This document shows positions 49,536-61,098 of a DNA stretch of 64,000 bases, piece after piece (the first letter of the stretch is position 1; each line of letters opens with the position of its first letter). The DNA comes from an uncultured Acidobacteriota bacterium (GTDB lineage: Bacteria; Acidobacteriota; Thermoanaerobaculia; Multivoradales; SZUA-115). The position numbers and the translations under genes are program-made. The DNA lies in NCBI GenBank assembly GCA_963805975.1, contig CAWDVR010000002.1:448001-512000 (forward strand), read 5' to 3'. The notes under the pieces are model-generated. The model searched no databases. It had not been told where the DNA came from and saw nothing but the letters and a program-made list of their open reading frames with translations.

Positions 49536-50399
49536 ATGGACCACACCTACATCGAGGAGCACCAGATCGTCGAGCGCTATGCGATGGGCAAGCTCCTGGA
49601 ACCGGAGCTGGGGCCCTTCGAGGAGCATTACCTCTCCTGCCCGCGTTGCCTGGACCGGCTGGCCCTGGCGGAGGCCATGGAGCGGGGCTTCAAGCGCGCC
49701 GCCGGCGAGGACACCCAGCGGCTCGCCACCGCCCGACAGCTCGCCCTGGTGGCCTGGCTCACCCGCCTCGGCCGCTCGCGCCAGCTGGCCCTGGTGGCGA
49801 CAGCGCTCCTCGTCGCCGCGCTGCCTGCGGGCTTGGCCGTGCGCGAGGCGCGGCAACGAAACGAGGAGCTGGCGGAGGTCCGCTCGGCCCTGGTGGAGGC
49901 GCGAGCGCGATCTGCCGCGGGCTCGCGCGAGGCGGTGGCCGAGGCCGAGAGGCTGCGCGGCGAGCTCGACGCGAGCCACCTCGAGCTCGCCCGCGAGCAG
50001 GAGGCCCGTGCCCGGACGGCCGCGGAGCTGGCGGCGGCACGTTCCCCCCAGGCCAACGTCCCGATCCTGTTCCTGAGTGCCGAACGCGGCAGCGGCCCGC
50101 CCGCGGAAGGGCCCACCTACCTCCTCCGCCTGCCCGAGAGCCCGGGATGGATCGTTCTCGCCCTGGAGATCGAGCCGCCGCACCAGCCTTCCTACCGCGC
50201 CGCGCTTCGCGATCCGCGGGGGAAAGAGATCTGGCGTGGCGCGGGCCTCAGGCCGAGTGAGCTCGAGACCCTGAGCCTGAGCCTTCCCACCTCGCTCCTC
50301 GCGCCGGGCGACTATGCCCTCTCCGTGGAAGGCGTCCCCCCGGGCGGCAAGCCCGTGGCCGCCGGGCGCTTCACCTTCCGCGTGCTTCCCGCCGCCTGA
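49536..50399 (+). CDS. Membrane anti-sigma factor: zf-HC2, TM helix, coiled coil, Ig-like C-domain
   Basis: FEEHYLSCPRC (HxxxCxxC), TM LALVATALLVAALPAGLAV, heptad-rich segment, beta-rich tail LAPGDYALSVEG. Confidence 0.85.
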   Translation: MDHTYIEEHQIVERYAMGKLLEPELGPFEEHYLSCPRCLDRLALAEAMERGFKRAAGEDTQRLATARQLALVAWLTRLGRSRQLALVATALLVAALPAGLAVREARQRNEELAEVRSALVEARARSAAGSREAVAEAERLRGELDASHLELAREQEARARTAAELAAARSPQANVPILFLSAERGSGPPAEGPTYLLRLPESPGWIVLALEIEPPHQPSYRAALRDPRGKEIWRGAGLRPSELETLSLSLPTSLLAPGDYALSVEGVPPGGKPVAAGRFTFRVLPAA

Positions 50400-50673
50400 A
50401 GCTTCGCCTCAGAGCGGGTCGCCCAGCAGCCGCACCAGAGCTCGCCGAGCCCACCGGCCGCTACCCGCCGCAGCCAAGCTCTCACCCGCGGAGGCGGCGG
50501 CGGCGCAAGAGCGCGGCACCCCGGATGCCGGCAAGCCCAAGCAGTAATAGCTGAGGACACCGCGCCGAGCTGACCCTGCCCGACAGCTGAGGAAATCCCC
50601 TGTTTGGGAAGGAATGGGTCTCTCGCCAGCAGACCTTGACCGGCGCCGTGTGGGAGGTCGCGGCCGGGGCGCT

Positions 50674-52014
50674 CTATCGGCGGTCGTCCAACAGGCGCGC
50701 CGACTGTGCGCTCGCCAGGCGGTGCTGGGGGTCCCAGCGCCGCCTGGTCTCTTCGAAGCGAGGGAGGCGGTCGGCCTCCATGGCGCGGAAGTGCTCCGGG
50801 CGGGTGAAGGCGTCCTTCGCCAGATAGACCCGGCCGCCTTCCTCGATCACCCGCTCGTTCAAGGCGTCGATCAGCTCCTGCGTGTCGCCGCGCACCGGCA
50901 GGTCGGCGGCGATCGAGATGCCCGGTCGCGGGAAGGAGAGCAATCCTTCGCCTTGCGCGCCGCAGTCCTTGATCACGCAGAGGAAAGAGGCGCCGCCGCG
51001 GCGGGTGAGCTCGCCGAGCACCCTTCGTGCCGCGCCCGGCCGCTCGCCCTCGGGCAGCACGCACTGGTACTGGGTGAAGCCGCGGGGCCCGTAGATCCGG
51101 TTCCAGTGGAGCACGGCGTCGAGCGGGTAGAAGAAGGTCTCGGGATCGACGATCCGGCGCCGCAGCCGGGTGAGCTGGGAGCGGTAGTAGACCTCGTTGA
51201 AGAGACGGACGGTGGCTCGCGACAGCGCCCAGCCGGGAAACACCACCGGCACGCCGCGCCGCCGGCGTGGCTTCGGGAAGCTCTGCGGCGCCTGCCCCGG
51301 CTCCGCCCAGCGCCCGCGGATCAGAAGGCCACGCCCCAGGGCCCGGCCCTTCGCCAGGCAGTCGATCCATCCCACGGTGTAAGGCCAGTCCACGGCCGAC
51401 CGCCGCAACTCGGCGAGGAAGGCGTCGAGGTCCTTTATGCGCTCGCTCTCGCACCAGAGCCAGGGCGAGGGGACGCGTTGCAGGCGGGCTTCGACCTCCA
51501 GGATGTGGCCGGTGAGGCCCATCCCGCCCAGAGTGGCGCGGAAGAGGTCCGGCTCCTCGCTGCGCGAGCAGGTCACCACCCGGCCGTCGGCACAGAGCAT
51601 CTTGAGAGCGGTGACGTGGTTGCCGAAGGTGCCGTCCTTGTGATGGCTCTTGCCATGGACGTCGGCGGCCACCATGCCACCGAGCGTCACGTACTGGGTG
51701 CCGGGCGAGGAGGGTGGCCAGAAGCCGCGCGGCAGGAAGAGGCGGATGACCTCGGCCAGCGAGAGCCCGGCCTCGGCGCGCAGCAACCCGGTTTGGGCAT
51801 CGAAGGAGAGGACGCGGTCCGCGAGCGTCGAGCCGGCGACGTCGAGCGCACCCGGCGGCGGCAGCGAGGAATCGCCATACGAGCGGCCGAGCCCGCGGGT
51901 CAGGGGGAGGCCGCGAGCGATGCGCTCGAGATCCTCGGAGCGGATCTCGCGGCCCGGCACCGGCAAGCGGCCCCAGCCGGAGAGCGTGGGCTCGCTCGGG
52001 AGCGGGCTCGTCAC
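50674..52014 (-). CDS. FAD-binding oxidoreductase, DprE1-like
   Basis: LSGWG, RGLGRSYGDS, PGTQYVTLGG..ADVHGKSHH, FFYPLD..WNRIYG..GFTQYQ, GRVYLAKD; GTGA overlap with mqnA. Confidence 0.88.
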   Translation of the reverse strand: MTSPLPSEPTLSGWGRLPVPGREIRSEDLERIARGLPLTRGLGRSYGDSSLPPPGALDVAGSTLADRVLSFDAQTGLLRAEAGLSLAEVIRLFLPRGFWPPSSPGTQYVTLGGMVAADVHGKSHHKDGTFGNHVTALKMLCADGRVVTCSRSEEPDLFRATLGGMGLTGHILEVEARLQRVPSPWLWCESERIKDLDAFLAELRRSAVDWPYTVGWIDCLAKGRALGRGLLIRGRWAEPGQAPQSFPKPRRRRGVPVVFPGWALSRATVRLFNEVYYRSQLTRLRRRIVDPETFFYPLDAVLHWNRIYGPRGFTQYQCVLPEGERPGAARRVLGELTRRGGASFLCVIKDCGAQGEGLLSFPRPGISIAADLPVRGDTQELIDALNERVIEEGGRVYLAKDAFTRPEHFRAMEADRLPRFEETRRRWDPQHRLASAQSARLLDDRR

Positions 52015-52808
52015 GCCGCCCACAGCTCGAGCTCCCGCGGCGTCTCGATCAGGCCGTGGAGGTGAGCGCGGCGGTAGTACTCCTTGAGCGAGGCGATCTC
52101 CTCGTCGCGCAGGAAGTAGTGCAGGTTCTGCGTCAGGTAGGTCTCGACCTCGGCCGGCGGCAGCCCCAGCTCGGCGGCCGACTCGGCGACCAGCTCGGAC
52201 ATGGACGAGAGCCCGTAGAGCAGGCTGCTCTTCAGGTAGTGGGTCAGGCCGGGCAGGTCGACGTGCGGGCGCACCGCCCAGACGGCGAAGACGGCGGGCC
52301 GGCCGGTCAGAGCCCGCCACTCGGCCGCGAGGTCCAGGATCTGGTAGCGCTCGCGATCCACGGTCAGGGCCGGGTCGCCGATCACCAGCGCGGCATCGGC
52401 GTCCGCGAGCATCGCCTCGAGGTCCGGCTTCGCCGCCACGTACTCGGGCGCCAGGCCGTAGCGGTCGGCGAGCAGGATCTTCACCAGCCCCGCCGAGGTG
52501 CGGCTGTTGACGTCGAGCGCCACGCGGCGCACCTCCTGAACCGGCCGGCCGAGGACGAGGAGGACGCTCCGCACCTCGCGCTCCGCGGCCACGCAGAGGT
52601 CGGGCACCACTTCGAGGCCGGGGATTCGCTGCACCTCGATGGCCGGGATCAGACCGACGTCGAGAGTGCCCGCGGCCAGCATGTCCGCCACCTCGGCCGG
52701 CGGGCGGTAGCTCGCCTCGAAGAGGTCGGCGTGGCGGCCCTTCAAGAAGCCCCACGCCAGCGGCTTGCTGTTGAGGAAGTTGACGATCCCGACCCGAAGT
52801 CGACTCAC
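52011..52808 (-). CDS. mqnA: Chorismate dehydratase (futalosine pathway)
   Basis: VNFLNSKPL, VRSVLL, SRTS, ALVIGDPAL, DLAAEW..TG.P.VFAVW. Confidence 0.9.
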   Translation of the reverse strand: MSRLRVGIVNFLNSKPLAWGFLKGRHADLFEASYRPPAEVADMLAAGTLDVGLIPAIEVQRIPGLEVVPDLCVAAEREVRSVLLVLGRPVQEVRRVALDVNSRTSAGLVKILLADRYGLAPEYVAAKPDLEAMLADADAALVIGDPALTVDRERYQILDLAAEWRALTGRPAVFAVWAVRPHVDLPGLTHYLKSSLLYGLSSMSELVAESAAELGLPPAEVETYLTQNLHYFLRDEEIASLKEYYRRAHLHGLIETPRELELWAA

Positions 52809-52857
52809 GCTTGGCTCACCCCGGACTAGGCTCTGAGTGTAATCGCCATCGCTCGCC

Positions 52858-52930
52858 GGCGTCGCGGGTCTCCTGCGAGGAGCGCAGCGAGCTCCGGCGT
52901 CGAGCACCGCAGCAGGAGACTCGCGACGCC
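52858..52930. repeat. 19-bp inverted repeat (one mismatch) with structured loop downstream of rho
   Basis: GGCGTCGCGGGTCTCCTGC ... GCAGGAGACTCGCGACGCC. Confidence 0.65.
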
Positions 52931-52940
52931 TCCGCTCTCC

Positions 52941-54230
<1,290 letters not shown>

Positions 54231-54261
54231 GTCATTCCTCTAAAAGTGCGATCAGCGCGCG

Positions 54262-54388
54262 TCCGCCGATAGATGTGGGTCGAGCGCCCGCCGCAGCGAT
54301 CACTGCCCGCCCGGCGCGAGATGCTCGTCGAGCGCGCGCCCCTCCGATTCCTACGCACTCGGCGCGAGATGCTTGTCGAGCGCGTGCC
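54262..54388 (-). repeat. Three degenerate direct repeats with 48-nt period; first copy is the engB 3' end
   Basis: Minus strand GCGCTCGACAAGCATCTCGCGCCG / GCGCTCGACGAGCATCTCGCGCCG / GCGCTCGACCCACATCTATCGGCG. Confidence 0.8.
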
Positions 54389-54962
54389 AGAGCGGTTTGA
54401 TGCCCTCCGCCGTGTGCGTCGAAACCGCCACGGCCCCCTCTTCCCCTTCACCAAGGCCGAGCGTGCGCCGGATGTCGGCCAGCGCACGCAGTCTTTCGTT
54501 GCTCTTCAGCCGGTCCACCTTGGTCGCCACCACCCACGTCTCGAGCCCGAAGTCCCGCAGGTACTGGTGCCCCTCCTCGTCGAGCCGCGTGGCGCCCACC
54601 TTCGAGTCCACCAACTGCACGACCAGGACCCGGTCTCGGTGCTCCGGCCGGGCGGCGCCGCAGAAATAGGCGTCGATCAGCTCCGCCCAGCCCTGCCGCT
54701 CCTGCTTCCCCGCCTTGGCGTAGCCGTAGCCCGGCAGGTCGACGAAGTAGAAGCGGCCGTTGACCAGGAAGTAGTTCACCGATCGTGTGCGCCCCGGCGT
54801 GGAGCTCGTCCTGGCCAGGCCCCGTCGCCCCGTGAGCGCGTTCAACAGGCTCGATTTCCCGACGTTGGAACGGCCGATGAAGGCAATCTGCGGCCGGCCG
54901 TCGACGATCAGGTCTTCTTTTCGGTAGGCCGCGCGGGCAAGCTCCGCGGAGTCGATCTTCAA
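54351..54962 (-). CDS. engB: Ribosome biogenesis GTPase EngB/YihA/YsxC
   Basis: GRSNVGKSSLLN, SSTPGRT, DLPGYGYA, TKVD. Confidence 0.95.
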   Translation of the reverse strand: MKIDSAELARAAYRKEDLIVDGRPQIAFIGRSNVGKSSLLNALTGRRGLARTSSTPGRTRSVNYFLVNGRFYFVDLPGYGYAKAGKQERQGWAELIDAYFCGAARPEHRDRVLVVQLVDSKVGATRLDEEGHQYLRDFGLETWVVATKVDRLKSNERLRALADIRRTLGLGEGEEGAVAVSTHTAEGIKPLWHALDKHLAPSA

Positions 54963-54998
54963 AGGTTCGGGAACCCGGTATACCGCCGGGGTCGGATG

Positions 54999-57413
54999 CT
55001 AGTGGGCCAGAGAGTCGGTGCCTATGGGCGGCTTGGCAGCTTCGTCGAACTCGCCCTTCACCTTCGCCAGGGGGCTGAGCTCGCCATCGAGGGCGATCCG
55101 CAGCACTTCGTCCATCGATTCGATGAGGTGGATTTCGAGCCGCTCGGAAACCTCGGCAGGGATGTCCTCGAGGTCTTTCTCGTTTTCTTTGGGCAGGACG
55201 ACTTCCGTGATTCCCGCCCGGAACGCAGCCAGGACTTTATCCTTAATCCCGCCCACGGGCAATACCTTGCCGCGCAACGTGATCTCGCCGGTCATCGCCA
55301 CGTCCTTCCTGACCGGGATGCGGGTCAGGGCTGAAACCAATGCAGTCGCCATGGTGATGCCGGCCGAGGGTCCGTCCTTCGGGATGGCGCCCTCGGGCAC
55401 GTGGATGTGGAGGTCCATCGCGTCGTTGAACTCCGGGTCGATGCCCAGGAGCGGGGCACGGCTGCGCAGGTAGGAGACTGCGGCGCGCGCCGACTCCTGC
55501 ATCACGTCGCCCAGCTTGCCGGTCAGGATCAGCTTGCCCTTGCCCTTCATCGGGCTGACCTCGGTCTCGAGAAGCTCGCCGCCGACCTGGGTCCAGGCCA
55601 TTCCCGATGCGACGCCGATCTCCGAGGTCTCGTTCTTCATCCGCGAGCGGAACCGGATCTTGCCCAGGAGCTCCCCTACCGTGTCCGAGCTCACCGCGAG
55701 CTCGAGCTTCTTGCCTTGCACCACCGTCTTGCGGGCGATCTTGCGGCAGATCGAGCCGATCTCCCGTTCGAGGTTCCTCACTCCGGCCTCGCGGGTATAG
55801 CCGTCGATCAGCTTGCTCAGGGCGTCGTCGCCGAACTGCACGTCGACCGGCTTCAGACCGTGGGCCTCGAGCTGCTTGGGCACCAGGAACTGCCGGGCGA
55901 TGGCGAGCTTCTCGTTGGGCGTGTAGCCGGAGAGCTCGATCACCTCCATGCGGTCCTTGAGCGGCGGCGGGACGGTGTGCACCACGTTGGCGGTGGCGAT
56001 GAACATCACCTTCGACAGGTCGTAGTCCACGTCCAGGTAGTGATCGACGAAGGTGCTGTTCTGCTCCGGGTCGAGCACCTCGAGCAGGGCCGCTGCCGGG
56101 TCGCCCCGGAAGTCCATGGCCATCTTGTCGACCTCGTCGAGCAGGAACACCGGGTTCACCGTGCCCGCCTTCTTCATCATCTGGACGATCTGGCCGGGAA
56201 AGGCGCCGATGTAGGTGCGCCGGTGGCCACGGATCTCGGCCTCGTCGCGCACGCCGCCCAGCGAGAGGCGGACGAACTTGCGGTTGGTGGCGCGGGCGAT
56301 CGACTTGGCGAGCGAGGACTTGCCCACGCCCGGCGGGCCCACGAAGCAGATGATCGAGCTCTTGCTCTGGCCGACGAGCTGGCGCACGGCCAGGAACTCG
56401 AGGATGCGCTCCTTGATGCGCTCGAGGCCGTAGTGGTCGCTGTTCAGGATCTCTTCGGCGCGCTTGAGGTCTTTGCGCTCCTTGCTCGACTTACGCCACG
56501 GCACCGAGACCAGCCAGTCGATGTAGTTGCGGGACACCGTGGCCTCGGCCGAGACCGGGGGCATGGCTTCCAGGCGCTTGAGCTCCTGCTCGGCCTTCTC
56601 CTTGGCTTCCTTGGGCAGGCCGGCCTTCTCGATCTTCTGCCGCAGCTCGGCGACCTCGTCGCTGCGGTCGTCGCTTCTCCCCAGCTCCTGATGGATGGCC
56701 TTGATCTTCTCGTTGAGGTAGTACTCCTTCTGGGCCTTCTCCATCTGCTTCTTGACCTTGACGTTGACGCGCTTGTCGATGTTGACCTTCTCGATCTCGA
56801 TCTCGAGCAGGTCGTGCAGGCGCTGCAGGCGCTCGTACGGGTTCACCAGGTCGAGCAGCGACTGCTTCTCCGCCGTGGTCACCATCAGGTGTGCGGAGAG
56901 GATGTCGGTGAAGCGATCGGCGTCGTCGACCTTGACCGTCGACATCAGGCCTTCGAAGGCCAGGTGGTGCGACATCTTCGCGTACTGCTCGAAGACCTGC
57001 AGCACCTTGGACATGTAGGACTGGAGCTTCTCGTTGAGGGGATAGCGGACCTCGAAGGTCTCGACCTCGACCGACAGCACGCCCTCGCTGTCCAGCACGT
57101 CGAGCACCCGGCCGCGCTGCACGCCCTCGACCATCACCTTGACGTTGCCGTTGGGCAGCTTCAGGTTCTGGATGATCGCCGCCACCACGCCGATGTCGTA
57201 GATGTCGTTGCGCAACGGCTCGTCGACCCGCGGGTCCTTCTGCGCCACCAGGAAAATGCGCTTCTGGGAGGTGTTGAGCGTGGCCTCGAGGGAGCGTACC
57301 GAGCTCTCTCTGCCAACGATGAACGGCGCCATCATGTGCGGGAAGACAACCATGTCCCGGAGCGGGACGAGGGGCAGAGTTTCGCGCTGGGTCTTGACGA
57401 AGGTCGAGTTCAT
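54999..57413 (-). CDS. lon: ATP-dependent Lon protease
   Basis: [43 protein letters not shown]. Confidence 0.98.
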   Translation of the reverse strand: MNSTFVKTQRETLPLVPLRDMVVFPHMMAPFIVGRESSVRSLEATLNTSQKRIFLVAQKDPRVDEPLRNDIYDIGVVAAIIQNLKLPNGNVKVMVEGVQRGRVLDVLDSEGVLSVEVETFEVRYPLNEKLQSYMSKVLQVFEQYAKMSHHLAFEGLMSTVKVDDADRFTDILSAHLMVTTAEKQSLLDLVNPYERLQRLHDLLEIEIEKVNIDKRVNVKVKKQMEKAQKEYYLNEKIKAIHQELGRSDDRSDEVAELRQKIEKAGLPKEAKEKAEQELKRLEAMPPVSAEATVSRNYIDWLVSVPWRKSSKERKDLKRAEEILNSDHYGLERIKERILEFLAVRQLVGQSKSSIICFVGPPGVGKSSLAKSIARATNRKFVRLSLGGVRDEAEIRGHRRTYIGAFPGQIVQMMKKAGTVNPVFLLDEVDKMAMDFRGDPAAALLEVLDPEQNSTFVDHYLDVDYDLSKVMFIATANVVHTVPPPLKDRMEVIELSGYTPNEKLAIARQFLVPKQLEAHGLKPVDVQFGDDALSKLIDGYTREAGVRNLEREIGSICRKIARKTVVQGKKLELAVSSDTVGELLGKIRFRSRMKNETSEIGVASGMAWTQVGGELLETEVSPMKGKGKLILTGKLGDVMQESARAAVSYLRSRAPLLGIDPEFNDAMDLHIHVPEGAIPKDGPSAGITMATALVSALTRIPVRKDVAMTGEITLRGKVLPVGGIKDKVLAAFRAGITEVVLPKENEKDLEDIPAEVSERLEIHLIESMDEVLRIALDGELSPLAKVKGEFDEAAKPPIGTDSLAH

Positions 57414-57447
57414 AGTCGGGTTTCTGTCGAGTTTCTGGGAGTGCGGC

Positions 57448-58686
<1,239 letters not shown>

Positions 58687-58791
58687 CTTCCCTCCGACGT
58701 CGTCAACTAGAACAGACCACCGTCCTTTGGCTATTCCGCCCGCCCGCCCTGCCAGCTCTCGCGGCCGTCCAGGTTCTGAAATCGTCTGTCG

Positions 58792-59379
58792 TCAAGGGCT
58801 CCGGCGCCGCATCACGCGGTCCGCGAGCCCGTAGGCCACTGCTTCGTCAGCACCGAAGATCTTATCGCGCTCGGTGTCGCGGTGGACTTCTTCCTTGGTG
58901 CGCCCGGTGTGCTCGACCAGGATCTCCTCGATCCGCTCGCGCATCTTGAGCAGCTCCTCGGCGTGGATCTGGATGTCCGTCTGCTGGCCCTGGAGGCCGA
59001 ACATCAGCGGCTGATGGATCAAGACTCGGCTGTTGGGCAGCAGCGTGCGCTTGCCGCGCGCGCCGGAGGTCAGCAGCACGGCCGCCATCGAGGCGGCCTG
59101 CCCCACGCAGTAGGTGGCCACGTCCGGCTTGATGTACTGCATGGTGTCGTAGATCGCCATGCCGGCCGAGATCGAGCCGCCCGGCGAGTTGATGTAGATC
59201 GAGATGTCCTTCTCCGGGTTCTCGGCTTCGAGGAACAGCATCTGGGCGATGACCAGGCTCGCCACATCGTCGTCGATGGGACGGCCCAGGAACACGATGT
59301 TGTCTTTGAGCAGCCGGGAGAAGATGTCCATCCCCCGCTCGCCGCGGTTGGTCTGCTCGATGACGTACGGTAGATACAT
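58792..59379 (-). CDS. clpP: ClpP peptidase
   Basis: [27 protein letters not shown]. Confidence 0.97.
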   Translation of the reverse strand: MYLPYVIEQTNRGERGMDIFSRLLKDNIVFLGRPIDDDVASLVIAQMLFLEAENPEKDISIYINSPGGSISAGMAIYDTMQYIKPDVATYCVGQAASMAAVLLTSGARGKRTLLPNSRVLIHQPLMFGLQGQQTDIQIHAEELLKMRERIEEILVEHTGRTKEEVHRDTERDKIFGADEAVAYGLADRVMRRRSP

Positions 59380-59430
59380 GGCGGGGGGTCTCGTCTCCAG
59401 GTGCGTTGACAGCCGCTCTAACCTCGCGGC

Positions 59431-60789
59431 CTAGCCTGCCGATTCCCCGGCCGCGCTCTCGACAGCCGCGCCACCGAGCAGCGGCGCGTCCGACTCTCCC
59501 AGAAGGGAGCGGATCGTCCGCTCCCGGCGCAGTTGGGCTCGCAGCGGGCCGAGCTTACCAGCTTCGTCGAGCTCGCGTCGCACGACCGGCGCCGAGCGGC
59601 CTTGCATGCGGGCGAGCGCCGCGAGCGTCGCTTCGAGCTCGTCCTCGCCGACCCGGATCGCCTTCGCTTCGGCGACCGCGTCGAGCAGCAGCCGACTGTG
59701 CACCCGCCGCGTCGCCTGCGGCCGCGCCTCCTCGGCGAGCTGGCTCCAGTCGATGGCGGCGCGCTCGACGTCGACACCCTGGCGCGCCAGCTCCTCGGCG
59801 TATTCGGAAAGGAGCAGCTTGATCTCGTTCTCCAGCACCCATTCCGGCAAAGGGATGGGGTGGCGCTCGACGAGCTGGTCGAGGAGGGCACGCTCGCGCC
59901 GGCGCCGGCTGTCCGCCACCTTGGCGCTGCGCAGGCGGCTTTCGATCTCGGCGGTCAGCTTCCCCACCTCGTCGAAGCCCACCGCCTTGGCGAGCTCGTC
60001 GTCCAGCGCCGGCAGCTCCGGCTCCTGCACCGTATCGAGGCGGAAGCGGTAGCGGTGCTCGTGATGTGCGGCTTGGTGGGCGCCTTCGCCGTGCTCGCCA
60101 GCCGCGTCAGCCTCGCCGTGAACGGCTCCCGGATGGGTGCGCGTGAGCTCGACCTCACGGCCGGCGGCGACGCCGGTGACGGCGAGGGACAGCTCCTCCC
60201 ACACCTGAGAGTGCCCTACCTCGAAGCGGGCGGGACGGGGCTCGCTGCCGTTCAGCTCGCCGTCGGCCGAGATCTCGGTGAGCTGGCCCTCGACGAAGTC
60301 TCCCCGCGAAGCGGGCCGGTCGACGGGCACCAGCTTGGCCTGGGCTCGGCGCAGGTCGTCGATCGCCTTGGCCACTTCCTCGCGGCTGGGCTCGCCCTCG
60401 ACAGGAGGCAGCGCAAAGTCCGCGACGTTGCGCAGCTCGATCTCCGGGCGCACCTCGACGGTGGCGACGAAGGTGAGGCCGGAATCGGCGCCGTGCTCGA
60501 CCTGGCCCACCCGCGGCGGCAGCAATGGGTCGAGGCCGGCCTCGGCCTCGGCCTGTCGCCAGTAGCGGGGCACCAGGCGCTCCAGGAGCTCGTGCTCGAG
60601 GTCTTCTCGATACCGCTGCTGCACCAGGTGCTGAGGCACCTTGCCACGGCGGAAGCCGGGGAGCTGCACGCGCTTGGCGATCTCGCCGAGCACCCGCTGG
60701 CTCTCGGCCTCGACCGCCGGCGCCGGCACTTCGATCTTCACCTCGCGCCGGCAGGGACCGACCTCCACGTTCGAGACGATCACGCTCAT
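59431..60789 (-). CDS. tig: Trigger factor
   Basis: LPGFRRGKVP signature, LPALDDELAK, position before clpP. Confidence 0.92.
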   Translation of the reverse strand: MSVIVSNVEVGPCRREVKIEVPAPAVEAESQRVLGEIAKRVQLPGFRRGKVPQHLVQQRYREDLEHELLERLVPRYWRQAEAEAGLDPLLPPRVGQVEHGADSGLTFVATVEVRPEIELRNVADFALPPVEGEPSREEVAKAIDDLRRAQAKLVPVDRPASRGDFVEGQLTEISADGELNGSEPRPARFEVGHSQVWEELSLAVTGVAAGREVELTRTHPGAVHGEADAAGEHGEGAHQAAHHEHRYRFRLDTVQEPELPALDDELAKAVGFDEVGKLTAEIESRLRSAKVADSRRRRERALLDQLVERHPIPLPEWVLENEIKLLLSEYAEELARQGVDVERAAIDWSQLAEEARPQATRRVHSRLLLDAVAEAKAIRVGEDELEATLAALARMQGRSAPVVRRELDEAGKLGPLRAQLRRERTIRSLLGESDAPLLGGAAVESAAGESAG

Positions 60790-60835
60790 AGGAATTGGCT
60801 GTCTTTCTCTTATCTGTCTTCTTGGGGCTGGCCAG

Positions 60836-60920
60836 TGGTGCGAAAGGGGGGACTCGAACCCCCAACCCGTGAGGGACTAGATCCTAAGTCTAGCGCGTCT
60901 ACCAGTTCCGCCACTTTCGC
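60836..60920 (-). tRNA. tRNA-Leu (TAG)
   Basis: GCGAAAGTGGCGGAACTGGTAGACGCG CTAGA-CTTAGGA-TCTAG, long variable arm, GGTTCGAGTCC, encoded CCA. Confidence 0.95.
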
Positions 60921-60972
60921 ATCGGGAGGAAGCCGAGGAGCCGAACGCGACAGGAGACTGCAAAAGGAGAGT

Positions 60973-61048
60973 TGGTGAGCCGCGAAGGAATCGAACCTTC
61001 AACCCGCAGATTAAGAGTCTGCTGCTCTGCCAATTGAGCTAGCGGCCC
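60973..61048 (-). tRNA. tRNA-Lys (CTT)
   Basis: GGGCCGCTAGCTCAATTGGCAGAGCA GCAGA-CTCTTAA-TCTGC GGGTTGAAGGTTCGATTCCTTC GCGGCTCACCA, 76 nt. Confidence 0.95.
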
Positions 61049-61059
61049 AGAGCCTGCGA

Positions 61060-61088
61060 AATATACCGGACGGGCGCGGGCTTGACAA
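61060..61088 (-). promoter_or_regulatory. Putative sigma70 promoter of tRNA-Lys/Leu-tig operon
   Basis: Minus strand TTGTCA, 17 bp spacer, TATATT, 11 nt upstream of tRNA-Lys. Confidence 0.7.
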
Positions 61089-61098
61089 GGCCCACAAG

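Noticed and set aside
44888-50399. Type III-E CRISPR Craspase locus
   Set aside because: No Cas7-11, array or recognisable Csx30/Csx31, and the CHAT appears exported; only a mechanistic analogy
50549-50593. Three AGCTGA(GGA) copies downstream of the anti-sigma gene
   Set aside because: Short and irregularly spaced (19 and 17 nt); cannot be distinguished from chance
54262-54388. Possible mini-CRISPR array
   Set aside because: Repeats are degenerate, one is coding sequence, spacers are only about 19-24 nt, and no cas genes are present
60836-61048. tRNA-anchored genomic island
   Set aside because: No integrase and no duplicated tRNA 3' end seen; tRNA-Leu before tig is a common arrangement
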